A DNA stretch of 64,000 nt. It comes from Candidatus Eiseniibacteriota bacterium (GTDB taxonomy: Bacteria; Eisenbacteria; RBG-16-71-46). Of the stretch, positions 34,801-41,938 are shown piece after piece. Under the pieces are notes generated by a model that was not told the origin of the DNA, searched no databases, and worked only from the letters and a program-made list of their open reading frames with translations. The stretch spans positions 32,001-96,000 of the forward strand of contig JBBRLX010000011.1 in the NCBI GenBank assembly GCA_038231135.1. The letters are read 5' to 3'. Each line of letters starts with the position of its first letter. Position 1 is the stretch's first letter. The translations under genes were made by a program, and so were the position numbers.

Positions 34801-37406
34801 GCCGTGTTCACCACTCCCGGCATCGCCGCCGGGCCGACGGCTGCCGTGATCGTGAACACCACACTGTCGCCGGCCGCGAGCGGGCCGGGATTCGTGGCGG
34901 TGACGATCTGGCCGCTGGTGGTCACCGACCAGCCCGGAGGCGCGGTCGACGACACGTAGGTGATGCCGGCGGGCAGCGTGTCCTTCACCGTGATCGCGCC
35001 GATCGTGGCGCCGATGCTGCTGTTCACGACCGTCAGCGTCCAGGTGCCGTTGGTGCCGACGCCGAACGCCCCGTAAAGGCTGGTGTGGCGCTTGCGCATC
35101 TCGAGATCGGGGACGCCGGTGACGCCGGTCGGGTCGACCGCGCGGTTGTTGCCGGCGTTCGAATCGTTGCCGCCCGACACCACGGCGCTGTTCGTCACCC
35201 CCGGCACGGCGGCCTGGGCCACGGTGACCGTGAGCGTGAACTTCGTGCTGTCGCCCGGCGCGATCGCCGGTCCGGAGTAGGTGCCGGTGATGATCTGGCC
35301 CGCCTGGGTGAAGCTCCAGTTCGTGCCCGCCGCGCTGCTGAAGTTGATGCCGGCGGGCAGCGTGTCGACCACCGTCACGGCGCCCGAGGACGCGAGCGAG
35401 CCCGCGTTCCGCACCAGCAGTGTATACACACCGGGCCCGGCGCCCGAGAAGTTGCTGGTGTGACGCTTCTGCAGCGCCAGGTCCACGACCCCGTTGACGG
35501 CGGTGACGTCGACCGAGCGGTTGTTCGCGGCACTGGTGTCGTTCGGCGTCGACACCACGGCGGCGTTGGTCGTGCCGGGAACAGCAGGCGGCGACACGCT
35601 GACGGTGAGCGTGATGACGGCGCTGTCGCCGATCGCGATCGCCGCGGGATAGGTCGCGGTCACGATCGACCCGGCGGCGCTGAAGCTCCAGCCGGCGCCC
35701 GCGCCCGACACGTAGCTGAGCCCCGAGGGCAGCGTGTCGACCACCGTGGTGGTGCCGGTGGTCGGGAAGCCGCCGACGTTGCGCACCGTAATGCGATAGA
35801 CGCCGTTCACGCCATCGGTGAACGTGGCGGCGTGGGTCTTCCGCACCGTCAGGTCGATCGGGATGATCACGCTGGTCGGGTTGCCCGACACGTTGTTCCC
35901 GGGGTTCGCGTCACCGTCGCCGATCACCACCGCGCGGTTCGTGACGGTCGGCGCGGCGGCTACTCCGACCGCGACCGTCAGCGTGAACGACGCCGACTGT
36001 CCCGCGGCGAGCAGCGGCGAGTAGGTGGCGGTCACGATCTGCCCGGTGGCCGAGAAGCTCCAGCCCGCGCCCGCGCCCGACACGAACGACAGGCCGGCGG
36101 GCAGCGTGTCGAGCACGGCGACGGCGGCCAGCGTCGAGTCCGTCCCCACGTTCGAGATCTGGATCGTGTAGCTGCCGTTCTGGCCGGCGGTGAAGTTGCC
36201 GGCGTGGGTCTTGGTGACCGACAGGTCGGGGCTGCCGAACGTGAGCCCGCACCCTGCGGGTCGCGTCGGCGGCACGAACACCGCGTTCAGGAACATGCGG
36301 CGGCCGTTGACCAGATCGATCGTCTGGCCGGTGCCGTAGTCGTGACCGCCGAGATAGAACAACAGGCCGCCCTGGCCGCCGAAGTGCTTGCTGCTGGATG
36401 CCATATAGGTGGTGGTGGCGCCCACGTTGTTCACCACCGGGAACATTCCCGGGAGCAGCGCCGACTTCTTGGCCAGATTGAAGTCCTCGACGGCGCCGCC
36501 GGGGGCCGGAGCGACGATGCCCTCGAACTGGCTGTACGGCAGGTCGGGCTCCGGATACGCGAGATCGTTGCCGATATTGTTCGCGTCGTAGCCCTTCGTG
36601 GTCTGGAAATGCCCGGCGGCGTCGTTCTCGTAGGTGGTGATGCCGAGGCACTCGACGAGCACGTTGCCGCCGCTCTGCAGGAACGCACGGACGTTGGGCA
36701 CGGCGCTGGCGTCCGAGGTGTGGTGCTCGCTCGCCATCGTCACGCACGTCGCCGCGGACAGCACGGTCAGCGCCTGCACCGAGTAGTCGTTCGGCGGTAT
36801 GCCGGCATCGTCGAGGTACGAGACCTGCACGGCGGAATAGGCCGGGCTGATGACCAGCAGCGGCTTGAACGTGAGGTCGTGCCGGATGTCCACCGCGGCG
36901 GACGCCGTCAACTCGAATACCGCGACGTTGTTGCCGTAGGCCGCGATCCGCTGCTTGGCGATCGCCGCATACGCGACCGGCACGATGAACGGCCCGGCGC
37001 GGAACGACACCGAGGCCGGTCCGATCACCGTCGGCGCGATGCGCTGCGCGGTGGCCGTGAAGTCGACGTCGTCCTTCGCCTTGCCCGCGCGAATCGCCCA
37101 GCGCACCGGGATCCGGTGCTGCAGCAGGTCGTTGACGAGGCCGTAGGCGCGGAGATTGAACGGCGCGACGACCGACTGGTTGGTGTTGTCCATCGGGATC
37201 ACCAGCGATCCCGCCGCCAGCGTCTGCACATTCGACGGCGGATTGGGCGTGTCCTGAGCGCGCGCCGCGAGCGGGAGTACCGCGAGTGCGAACACCGCGA
37301 TCACGCCGGCGCAAGCACTCCGTGCCCCGTGGACAAGACGCGCGCGAGCCGGCCGCGGTGCCGCAACAACCCCTGTCCGGTCGACCGTAGCTGCTCCTCG
37401 GTGCAT
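22869..37406 (-). CDS. Giant (4845 aa) surface protein: N-terminal globular domain, about 28 DUF11 Ig-like repeats, SdrD-B/CnaB-like domain and predicted outer-membrane beta-barrel
   Basis: Signal peptide ending LAARA|QD; repeats DLxxxK(R/T)H...NxG...DTLPxGLxxVS...N.A...DxxxxN; GIPGVRVYLEDG; amphipathic strands ending YLNLGFKV; start codon uncertain. Confidence 0.85.
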   Translation of the reverse strand: MHRGAATVDRTGVVAAPRPARARLVHGARSACAGVIAVFALAVLPLAARAQDTPNPPSNVQTLAAGSLVIPMDNTNQSVVAPFNLRAYGLVNDLLQHRIPVRWAIRAGKAKDDVDFTATAQRIAPTVIGPASVSFRAGPFIVPVAYAAIAKQRIAAYGNNVAVFELTASAAVDIRHDLTFKPLLVISPAYSAVQVSYLDDAGIPPNDYSVQALTVLSAATCVTMASEHHTSDASAVPNVRAFLQSGGNVLVECLGITTYENDAAGHFQTTKGYDANNIGNDLAYPEPDLPYSQFEGIVAPAPGGAVEDFNLAKKSALLPGMFPVVNNVGATTTYMASSSKHFGGQGGLLFYLGGHDYGTGQTIDLVNGRRMFLNAVFVPPTRPAGCGLTFGSPDLSVTKTHAGNFTAGQNGSYTIQISNVGTDSTLAAVAVLDTLPAGLSFVSGAGAGWSFSATGQIVTATYSPLLAAGQSASFTLTVAVGVAAAPTVTNRAVVIGDGDANPGNNVSGNPTSVIIPIDLTVRKTHAATFTDGVNGVYRITVRNVGGFPTTGTTTVVDTLPSGLSYVSGAGAGWSFSAAGSIVTATYPAAIAIGDSAVITLTVSVSPPAVPGTTNAAVVSTPNDTSAANNRSVDVTAVNGVVDLALQKRHTSNFSGAGPGVYTLLVRNAGSLASSGAVTVVDTLPAGINFSSAAGTNWSFTQAGQIITGTYSGPAIAPGDSTKFTLTVTVAQAAVPGVTNSAVVSGGNDSNAGNNRAVDPTGVTGVPDLEMRKRHTSLYGAFGVGTNGTWTLTVVNSSIGATIGAITVKDTLPAGITYVSSTAPPGWSVTTSGQIVTATNPGPLAAGDSVVFTITAAVGPAAMPGVVNTAAVTTPADLFAANDRAVDPTPVASIPELQLVKRHGATFVAGQDAAYTLSVTNVSPGPTSGAITVRDTLPLGLTYVAGAGAGWSFARVGQVVTATNPGPIVAGDSSRFTLTVHVGQSAVASISNSATVSTPLDFVPANDRSTDVAAVTFADLQAHKHHAGSFTDGQNGVYTIVVQNVGTAATFGAITVKDTLPLGLTYVAGAGPGWSFATSGQIVTATNPGPIAAGDSALFTLTVATTPAAVPGVTNFVTVSTPGDSVAAGDRGSDVTTVAGIVDLAIQKRHTAAFTDRGIGVYTLVVRNLGSAATTGAVTVLDSIPAGLSYVSAAGAGWSFAISGPELTATWSTPIAAGDSAKFTLTVAVGAGAVPGVTNIANVAATGDINPANDDASDLTAVTGVVDVALVKRHASTFTVATPGQYLFSLTNTGSIPTTGTLSVVDTLPSGLTYASGSGAGWGFAVSGQIVTMTHPSPIAPGDSLLFNLTVNVAAPAIPSASNSAVASAAGDVNAANNRSVDVVPVSAQPVPDLALTKTHAVAFQDGSPGTWTLSVRNLGTAASGVITVRDTLPAGIAYVTAAGSGWTFTNAGQIVTATHVAPLAIGDSLQFTIGVTAAAAAVPQVTNVAWASTPLDPNVSNDYGSDITAVNGSPDLTLAKRHSGTFRDRREENWTLTVTNAGSGATTGLITVTDSLPPGTTFSSLNGAGWSFSLAGKVVTATNPGPLVPGDSLGFILSVVVDSSAVPRVVNHAHVVTPGDIGSGNNGAVDSTAVSGVVDLAIQKRHTAAFTDGQNGSYTIVVRNTGSAATIGTITVLDTLPAGLGYVSGAGAGWSFANAGGIVTATHPGPIAPGDSLKLSLTVTAGPAAVPAVTNRATVSTPGEVDPSNNIASDPTSVAGIVNLTLDKRHTTPFVVGQAGVYTFVIRNTGSAATTGAVAVVDTLPAGLSFVSGAGAGFGFGAAGAIVTATSAGPIAAGDSASFTLTVNIAPAAFPSVSNSAVVTTPGDVNAADNRDVDPTAITGVPDLTLDKRHTANFVHGQTGTWTLVVRNLGTGATAATTTVVDTLPSGISYVSAAGAGWSFVPNGQVVTATFAGAIAAGDSSKFTISASVGAAAVPGVVNSAMVSTPGDLDSGNDRDTDPTTVLGVPDVVLDKRHTANFIHGQTGTWTLVVRNLGTAATAATTTVVDTLPLGITYVSAAGAGWSFVPNGQVVTATFAGAIAAGDSSRFTITALAGAAAVPGVTNTAHATTPGELDATNGSDSDVTPVAGTPDVTLDKRHTANFIHGQTGTWTLAVRNIGSGPTAGATTVVDTLPLGITYGSAAGAGWSFVLNGQVVTATFAVPIAAGDSSTFTILAAAGAAAVPGVINSAAASTPGDLDSGNDRDTDPTTVLGVPDVYLDKRHTANFVHGQNGTWTFVVTNRGTAATAGATTVVDSLPPGISYVSAAGAGWSFVQNGTVVTATFAGPIAVQDSSSFTLTALAGAAAVPSVINLAHATTPGELDPRDGYDSDFTPVAGTPDVALAKRHTASFVHGQPGTWTLVVTNTGTAATSGATTVVDSLPAGITYVSAAGAGWSFVPNGQVVTATFAGPIAAQDSASFTLTALAGAAAVPGVVNTAVVSTPGDLGSGNNGATDSTTVGSVPDLTLDKRHTALFVHGQNGTWTIVVHNAGTGATTGPATVTDVLPAGVTFVSGAGAGWAVGAAGQTVTAGFAAPIAAGDSASFTITVAVGAAAVPGVTNSASVATPGDLDPANNGDSDVTPVAGVSDLMLEKRHTTTFEVGLPGTYTLVIHNIGTSVTAATVTVVDTLPAGLAFASGAGAGWSFSASGQIVTATLAGTIAAGDSSNFTITVNVAFPAFPGVTNSAVVQIPGDLDGSNDRGVDPTPVRNVPDLTLDKRHTTVFQQGQNATYALIVQNVTHGPSVGAVTVTDTLPAGLTFVAASGTGWSFAVAGNVVTGTYAAAIPAYDSTSFTITVAVGAAAVPLVTNAATLTGGSDTDPADNRDQDLAPVTGLPDLVLDKRHTAPFVVGQTGTWTLAIVNAGTGATTGPVAVVDTLPAGVTFVSAAGAGWGFGTAGSVLTATHAGLIAAGDSAKFTVTASVAAAAFPGVVNTAHASTAGDTDPASDTDTDSTAVTGVADLTIDKRHSADFADRQPGKWTLVVTNLGTGASAGTITVVDSLPLGITFVSGLGAGWNFSASGQVVTATNPGPIAAGDSSKFTLHVTADAAAVPGVVNTARLVGANDLDPSNDQDSDSTAVNGVIDLALDKRHTGPFTDSGTGTWTLVATNVGSLASINVITVTDTLPPGTSYLSGAGANWSFGINGNVVTATYPLPIAPGDSARFDLTVNLSAAAVPAVLNSATVQATNDVEPSNNRDSDVALVGGVPELALDKRHAAPFTIGQPGSYTFAVANLGTAATFAATTVTDTLPVGLTFASGNGAGWTFAVAAGVVTATHAAPIAAADSATFTMVTAVAPAAVPLAINAATVRTAGDPNPADDRDVDPTVVLGLPDLVLDKRHTTAFADGQNGTWTFVVTNAGFAATSGAITVVDSLPTGITYVGGAGAGFSFATNGQVVTATNPGPLAVGDSVTFTLTAHAGPASVPGVINTASVATPNEWNAANNGDADPTAIGGIPDLALRKSHALAFTIGSNGTYSLVVRNHGTAATFGTITVLDTLPAGLTYVGALGAGWNFSVLGAVVTATHPGPLGNAPTDSLAFTLTVAVGAAALPAVTNSAVAITAGESNPLDDVSHDPTLVNGLPDLALDKRHEGGFSVGSTGTYRFVLRNLGTAATTGATTVRDSLPAGLTFVSGDVTGGWSFANIGNVVTATFGGTIAAGDSSQFTIVVAIGPLAVPTVTNSAVAATPGDPDGGNDRDSDLVGVAGLGVLTVSKTAQPARVEIGGVVDYAVTVRNVGAGPLTGTTVSDRLPQGLHYQGGTARVNGLPVADPVGAPGPTLAFALGTLTAGSTDVVTYRVLVGAGAELGTGVNLAQASGSGGAGIVATSNTAAARIEVQGGVFDDEGIIAGKIYTECDCDSNRVQGPEEPGIPGVRVYLEDGSFAITDVEGKYSFNHVRPRLHVVRIDASTLPLGSRMIASSVRHAHDGLSQFADVVKGELHRADFVEASHSDAVHNAVLARRARGELRDPADPGLGHGGAATADRPRGRSLLVLGVIDAGIALHSTSGTSVYGGRDGFGDPITALSYESTDGRQTGTARGALFATGSLGGDAQFTLRYDSEQRPGRRLFRDLDPDRGYDALGDASVHGWEAQSTTPLYLRIDRGASFGMYGDFTTPSSPGRLLGAFTRSLNGGIAQAVAGPLAVQGFAAEGRQHQVVDEFPGQGVSGPYVLTRNDGTLGSETVELLTRDRNQPARILHSEPQLRYVDYTLEPFTGRLLFRRPVPSLDADLNPVSIRATYEVETGTDKFWVYGAEARVRATRRLSVGASASRDEDPLAPRALASADASFELATGLQLTGEFARSDSGGTGIGGGDRSGEAARAELVLDRSWLHARAHGLRVSTGFENPSSGAYPGRQELGLTARAGSDRSTSVFLTALRSEDLVTSARRDGFEAGLRQGIADRITAEVAYRWAKEDSLGATPATQGLGPLKTSSVRGRLEAALLARRRVTVFGEFEQDLDQTLQRRYAFGGDARVIPHIRLYARHENIASFAGPFALNTDQQLASTVIGVTDDDAGDRHVFSEYRMRDAFAGREAQAAIGLRDRWTVARGIRVDAAFERVTILRGGLGAATSVAGGVEYARDPSTHATGRLEFRRESTLERWLASAGFTRKLNRDWSALGRTLWMLVPDQQSIDARSQIGVAWRQTDRNAWNGLARYENKLQKLGAPEYSRRVANIVSMNANTHQFGIWTVSGQVAAKWAHDDGNGLGSSTAAQLGAGRLMVDLGRSFDLGLNARGLASGSRTMGLGAEAGWIMMKNLRLAAGWNAFGFHDNDLSGTEHTDRGPYLNLGFKVDETLFDRTPPQGAR
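25776..36230 (-). repeat. Coding tandem array of about 124-aa DUF11 repeats (27 KxH-type plus 1 divergent)
   Basis: Counted from recurring (D/E/N)(L/V)xxxK[RTHS]H motifs; 372-nt period in the central block. Confidence 0.85.
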
Positions 37407-37743
37407 CGCGCGTCGCTTCGGGAGGGGCAGTCGAGCGCGAATGGCGGTATCGGGAAACTACCTGGCGCGGTAGAACAACATGGACATGCAAGGGAATTCA
37501 TCGGCGTTTCAGGGTAGGAACTTTAGTGACGCTGACGTTCCCGGCGCCGATTCGGGTGGCCTTCTGAGGAGATGTGGCCAATGGGGGAATCCACCCGGCG
37601 GGAACACGGGCACCGTACACCCGGCTCGGGCGTTTGGGCAGTCGCCGGCTCGGGAGGCCGGCACGGGGCGGCACAGGGACGATCTCCCGATTCAGCGCTC
37701 CAGCGTGGTGACCGCGCCCGTCATGGGGCGGAGCCTTCGGGGT

Positions 37744-38382
37744 TCAGCGCGAGCGCTTCGCCAGCACGTCGCGGACCTCGTCCAGTCCCACACCCATGGC
37801 GCGCAGCGCAACCAGCGCGTGGTACAGCAGGTCCGCGGTTTCCTCGACGGCGCGATCCTTATCCCCGTCGGCACAGGCCGCCACCAGTTCGGCGGCTTCC
37901 TCGCCCAGCTTCTTGAAACGCTTGTTGCGATCCTGGAGCAGTTCCCGCGTGTAGCTAGGCTTGGGGTCGACCTCGGGCTTGGCGGTGGCGCGGCGGGCGA
38001 TCACGGCGTCGAGCGCCGCGAGCGAGTCCGGTCCCAGCGCCGGGGCGCCGAAGCACGACATTTCGTTCGTGTGGCAGGCCGGCCCCGCCGGGATCACCCG
38101 CGCGAGCACGGTGTCGGCGTCGCAATCGGGGGTCAGCGAGAGCACCTGCTGGACATTGCCGCTGGTGGCGCCTTTGTGCCACAGGCCGCGCTTGCGCGAG
38201 CGGTAGTGCATCTGGCGGGTCGCGATGCTGCGCTCCAGTGCCTCGCGGTCGGCATGCGCCACCATCAGCACCACGCCGGTGCGGGCGTCCTGGGTTACGA
38301 CGGCCACGACGCCGCCGCGCTTGGCGAAGTCGAGCATGTCGAGATCGATCATCGGCAGTGCAGCTCCTGGTCGAGGGGTCAT
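37744..38382 (-). CDS. hisIE: Bifunctional phosphoribosyl-AMP cyclohydrolase / phosphoribosyl-ATP pyrophosphatase
   Basis: LWHKGATSGN, DCDAD, GPACHT, SYT, KKLGEE, ADLLYH. Confidence 0.93.
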   Translation of the reverse strand: MTPRPGAALPMIDLDMLDFAKRGGVVAVVTQDARTGVVLMVAHADREALERSIATRQMHYRSRKRGLWHKGATSGNVQQVLSLTPDCDADTVLARVIPAGPACHTNEMSCFGAPALGPDSLAALDAVIARRATAKPEVDPKPSYTRELLQDRNKRFKKLGEEAAELVAACADGDKDRAVEETADLLYHALVALRAMGVGLDEVRDVLAKRSR

Positions 38383-39212
38383 GGCGATGGATTCTCCGCG
38401 CGCGCCACATCGTGCACGAGGATGTCGCGAACCACGTTGGCGAGCGCGCTGTTGGTGGCGATCACATCGCCGCCGAACGGCGTGGGGTTGGCGGCCCAGT
38501 CGGTGAGCACGCCCCCCGCCTCTTCTATGATCGGCAGGATCGCCGCCGCGTCCCATGCGGAAACGACATCGTCCACCATGACATCGGCGCGGCCGGTGGC
38601 GACCAGCAGGTACCCGTAGCAGTCGCCCCACGTGCGGGCGACCCGGCACTGCCGCGAGAGCGCATCCCAGGCGTCGCGGCGGGCGCGGCGCTCGGGGAAC
38701 CGCACGTCGGTCGCGAGCACCGTGGCGGCCGCGAGGTCGCGCGTCTGTGACACCGCGCACGGCTGCTCGTTCCACCAGCAGCCGCAGGCCCGGCCCGCGG
38801 TCACGATCTCGCGGATCGCGGGGAAGAACGCGGCGCCGGCGAGCACCGCGTCGCCCTCCGCCACCGCCACCAGCGTGCCCCACAGCGGGACGCCGCGGAT
38901 GAACGACAGCGTGCCGTCGATGGGGTCGAGGATCCACCGGCGCGTCGCTTCGGGGCGCACGAGGCCGAATTCCTCGCCGAGGATGCCGTCGTCCGGAAAC
39001 CGCCGCTCGATCCACTCGCGCGCGAGTTGCTCGGCGGCGCGGTCCGCAATCGTGACCGGGCTGCCGTCGTGCTTGGCCTCCACCTCGAGCTGCCGGCCGA
39101 ACGATTCCAGCGCGCGGGCGCCCGCGAGCCGCGCCACCTCGGCGGCGGCCTGCATCAGGCTCGGGGCGTCGCCGGCGCCCTGGCTGCCGTGGGGTTCAGT
39201 GCTGCCGGTCAT
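38379..39212 (-). CDS. hisN: Histidinol-phosphatase, inositol monophosphatase family
   Basis: SPVTIADR, ILGEEFG, WILDPIDGT, WDAAA; located in the his operon. Confidence 0.85.
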   Translation of the reverse strand: MTGSTEPHGSQGAGDAPSLMQAAAEVARLAGARALESFGRQLEVEAKHDGSPVTIADRAAEQLAREWIERRFPDDGILGEEFGLVRPEATRRWILDPIDGTLSFIRGVPLWGTLVAVAEGDAVLAGAAFFPAIREIVTAGRACGCWWNEQPCAVSQTRDLAAATVLATDVRFPERRARRDAWDALSRQCRVARTWGDCYGYLLVATGRADVMVDDVVSAWDAAAILPIIEEAGGVLTDWAANPTPFGGDVIATNSALANVVRDILVHDVARAENPSP

Positions 39213-40048
39213 GCCGTCCTCCGCACGAAGATGCCGTCCGCCGCAAGCCGTTGCTTGATCGCTTCGATGGTGACGAGCCCGTCGTGCAGGATGCCGGCCA
39301 CGAGCACGGCGTCGGCGCCACCCACACGGATCGCGTCGACCAGGTCCTCGGCGCGGCCCGCGCCGCCCGACGCGATCACCGGCACGTGCACCGCGTCCGA
39401 CACCGCGCGCGTCAACTCGAGATCATAACCGGTGCGCGCGCCGTCGCGGTCGATGCTGGTGAGCAGGATCTCGCCGGCGCCGCGCCGCACGCACTCGCGC
39501 GCCCACGCGATGGCGTCGAGCCCGGTGCGGGTGCGGCCGCCGTGCGTGACGACTTCGTAGCCGCCGGGAGTCGGCGGTGTCGCGACGGTCGCCACCGGTG
39601 TCGCGGCCGTGGGGCCGCGCGGGTCGTCGGCGGTCGCGCCCGCCACCGCACGCAGCGCATCGATGCTCGCGACCACGCACTGCGAGCCGAAGCGCGCCGC
39701 GCAGTCCGCGAGCAGCTCCGGCCGCCGCACGATCGCCGAGTTGACGCTGATCTTGTCGGCGCCGGCGCGCAGCGCGGCCGCCGCGTCGTCGGCGCTGCGG
39801 ATCCCGCCGCCGATCGTGAGCGGAATGAACAGCCGTTCCGCGGTGCGGCGCGCCACTTCGAGCAGCGATGCGCGCTCGTCCGGCGTGGCCGAGATGTCGA
39901 GAAACACGATCTCGTCGGCGCCCTGGCGCTCGTAGCGCAGCGCCAGCTCGCACGGATCGCCGACGTCGCGCAGCTCAACGAATTGACGCCCTTTGACCAC
40001 CCGGTTGCCGCGCACGTCGAGGCAGGCGATCACGCGATGCGTCAGCAT
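39209..40048 (-). CDS. hisF: Imidazole glycerol phosphate synthase cyclase subunit
   Basis: [44 protein letters not shown]. Confidence 0.95.
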   Translation of the reverse strand: MLTHRVIACLDVRGNRVVKGRQFVELRDVGDPCELALRYERQGADEIVFLDISATPDERASLLEVARRTAERLFIPLTIGGGIRSADDAAAALRAGADKISVNSAIVRRPELLADCAARFGSQCVVASIDALRAVAGATADDPRGPTAATPVATVATPPTPGGYEVVTHGGRTRTGLDAIAWARECVRRGAGEILLTSIDRDGARTGYDLELTRAVSDAVHVPVIASGGAGRAEDLVDAIRVGGADAVLVAGILHDGLVTIEAIKQRLAADGIFVRRTA

Positions 40049-40593
40049 CCGGCGCCGCCGCGTTCCCGGGTCTCGACCGGGCCCTTGGTGCTGAACACCA
40101 GGGCGCCCGGCGTGAGCGCGTCGCGCAACGCGAAGCCCAGCGCCTTGAACGCGGCCTCCACGATGTGATGGCGGTCGGCGCCGCGCAGCACGCGCACGTG
40201 CAGCGTGGCCGCGGCGTTGAGCGCGAACGACTGCATCCAGTGCTCGTAGTAGCCGCTCGGCAGCGGGCCGCGATACCAGGCGCGTCCGCCGAGATCGAGG
40301 CTCACGTGCACCAGCGCGTCGTCCATCGGCACGCAGCGATCGCCGTAGCGCACGATCGGCACGGCGGCGGCCGCGCGCACCGCCTGCCCGAACGCGATGG
40401 CGACGTCCTCGACGAGGTGATGCCGCAGGTCGCCGGTGGCCTCGACCGTGAGCGTGAGACCGCCGTAGCGCGCGAGCGTCTCGAGCATGTGGTCGAGGAA
40501 CCGCGTGCCGGTCGCGATGCGGACCGCCCCGGGACTCGGGTCCAGCGCGAGGCGGATATCGGTTTCGCGGGTGTGACGGGTGATCTCGATCAT
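40042..40593 (-). CDS. hisB: Imidazoleglycerol-phosphate dehydratase
   Basis: RHTRETDI, FLDHML, HHLVED, PMDDAL, HHIVEAAFKA, STKG. Confidence 0.92.
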   Translation of the reverse strand: MIEITRHTRETDIRLALDPSPGAVRIATGTRFLDHMLETLARYGGLTLTVEATGDLRHHLVEDVAIAFGQAVRAAAAVPIVRYGDRCVPMDDALVHVSLDLGGRAWYRGPLPSGYYEHWMQSFALNAAATLHVRVLRGADRHHIVEAAFKALGFALRDALTPGALVFSTKGPVETRERGGAGC

Positions 40594-41315
40594 GACGGCT
40601 CCCCGGTGGCGAACCCGGCCGCGACCGCGGCGGGGTCGAGTGCTCCCGTATAGAATGCCATGCCGACGATCGCGGCGTCTGCGCCCGCGTCCGCGAGCGC
40701 CGCGAGGTCGCCGGGCGACGCGATGCCGCCGGCGATCTGCACCGGCAGCGTGGTGCTTGCCACCACCCGGCGCGTGAGTTCGAGATCGATGCCCTCGAGC
40801 CGGCCCTCGCGGTGCACCGCGGTCACGAGCACCCCGGCGAGCGGCAGGCTCGACAGCGCCGCGACGAGTTCGCACACGCCGAGTTCGAGGGTGTGCGTCC
40901 AGCCGCGCGTCACCACGCGGTCTTCGCGCGCGTCCGCCGCGACGATCAGCGTGCCCGGATGCGCGTGCGCCATGGTCTCGAGCCACGGCCGGTCCTCGAT
41001 CGCGCGGGTGCCCACGATCACGCGCCGCACGCCGGCGCCCAGCAACCGCGTGATCGCCGCCGCGTCGCGCACACCGCCGCCGGCCTGGACGACGACGCCT
41101 GGCGCCGCCGTGAGGCTCGCGACGATCGCGGCGTTCGAGCCCACGCCGAGCGCCGCGTCGAGGTCGACCACGTGCAGTTCCCGGAAGCCCAGCGTCCGGA
41201 ACCGCGTCGCGACGGCGAGCGGATCGTCGAGCCGCACACGCTCGGCGGCGTAGGAGCCGCCCACCAGCTGGACGCACGCGCCCTCGCGCAGGTCGACCGC
41301 GGGGATCACCCTCAT
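40590..41315 (-). CDS. hisA: ProFAR isomerase
   Basis: IPAVDLREGACVQL, LHVVDLDAA, QAGGGVR, AGGI. Confidence 0.92.
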   Translation of the reverse strand: MRVIPAVDLREGACVQLVGGSYAAERVRLDDPLAVATRFRTLGFRELHVVDLDAALGVGSNAAIVASLTAAPGVVVQAGGGVRDAAAITRLLGAGVRRVIVGTRAIEDRPWLETMAHAHPGTLIVAADAREDRVVTRGWTHTLELGVCELVAALSSLPLAGVLVTAVHREGRLEGIDLELTRRVVASTTLPVQIAGGIASPGDLAALADAGADAAIVGMAFYTGALDPAAVAAGFATGEPS

Positions 41316-41938
41316 CGCGGGGTCCGCGCGGCGGCGCCGGCGACGGCCAGATCGACGCACGCGTGCAGGTGGCGCACGCCGGCGTGGCCGCTCTTCTCGG
41401 GGTGGAACTGGACGCCGAGCACGCCCCCCGCGCGCACCGACGCCGCGAACCGGTCGGACTCGTGGGTCGTCCAGGCCGTCACGATCCCGGGATCGGCGGG
41501 CCGGCACACGAAGCTGTGGGCGTAGTACACGAACTCGACCGGCGCCCGGTCGCCTGCGGGGTCGCCGCCCGCGGCGCGCTCCAGTTCGTTCCACCCGATC
41601 TGCGGCACGCGCCGGGCCGCGAGGCGCGCGACGTGGCCTGCCAGGACCCCGAGGCCCTGCCCCAGGCCTTCCTCGCTGTCCTCGAACAGCAACTGCATCC
41701 CGAGGCAGATGCCGACGCACGGCAGCCCGCGGGCAATCGCGTCACGCATGGCGTCGCGCCCGGGCGCGAGCCGGTCCGCGGCGCTCGCGAACGCGCCCAC
41801 CCCGGGGAGCACCAGCAGGTCGGTGTCGATCGCGGTGCGCGGATCCGGCTCGATGCGCACCGTGTGCCCGCCCTGGGCGAGCGCCTTCTCGAGCGAGTGA
41901 AGGTTGCCCGCGCCGTAGTCGAACACCGTGATGTTCAC
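41312..41938 (-). CDS. hisH: Imidazole glycerol phosphate synthase glutaminase subunit
   Basis: DYGAGNL, LPGVGAF, GICLGMQLL, PQIGWN, QFHPEKS. Confidence 0.93.
   Translation of the reverse strand: MNITVFDYGAGNLHSLEKALAQGGHTVRIEPDPRTAIDTDLLVLPGVGAFASAADRLAPGRDAMRDAIARGLPCVGICLGMQLLFEDSEEGLGQGLGVLAGHVARLAARRVPQIGWNELERAAGGDPAGDRAPVEFVYYAHSFVCRPADPGIVTAWTTHESDRFAASVRAGGVLGVQFHPEKSGHAGVRHLHACVDLAVAGAAARTPR

Noticed and set aside
22881..37517. Very long plus-strand ORFs (2912 aa, 1185 aa and others) opposite the giant gene
   Set aside because: Antisense shadows of a GC-rich repetitive CDS; Arg-rich sequence with no recognisable motifs
37407..37743. Possible riboswitch (for example c-di-GMP) upstream of the giant gene
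   Set aside because: No consensus motif recognisable by eye; an Rfam/Infernal scan would be needed
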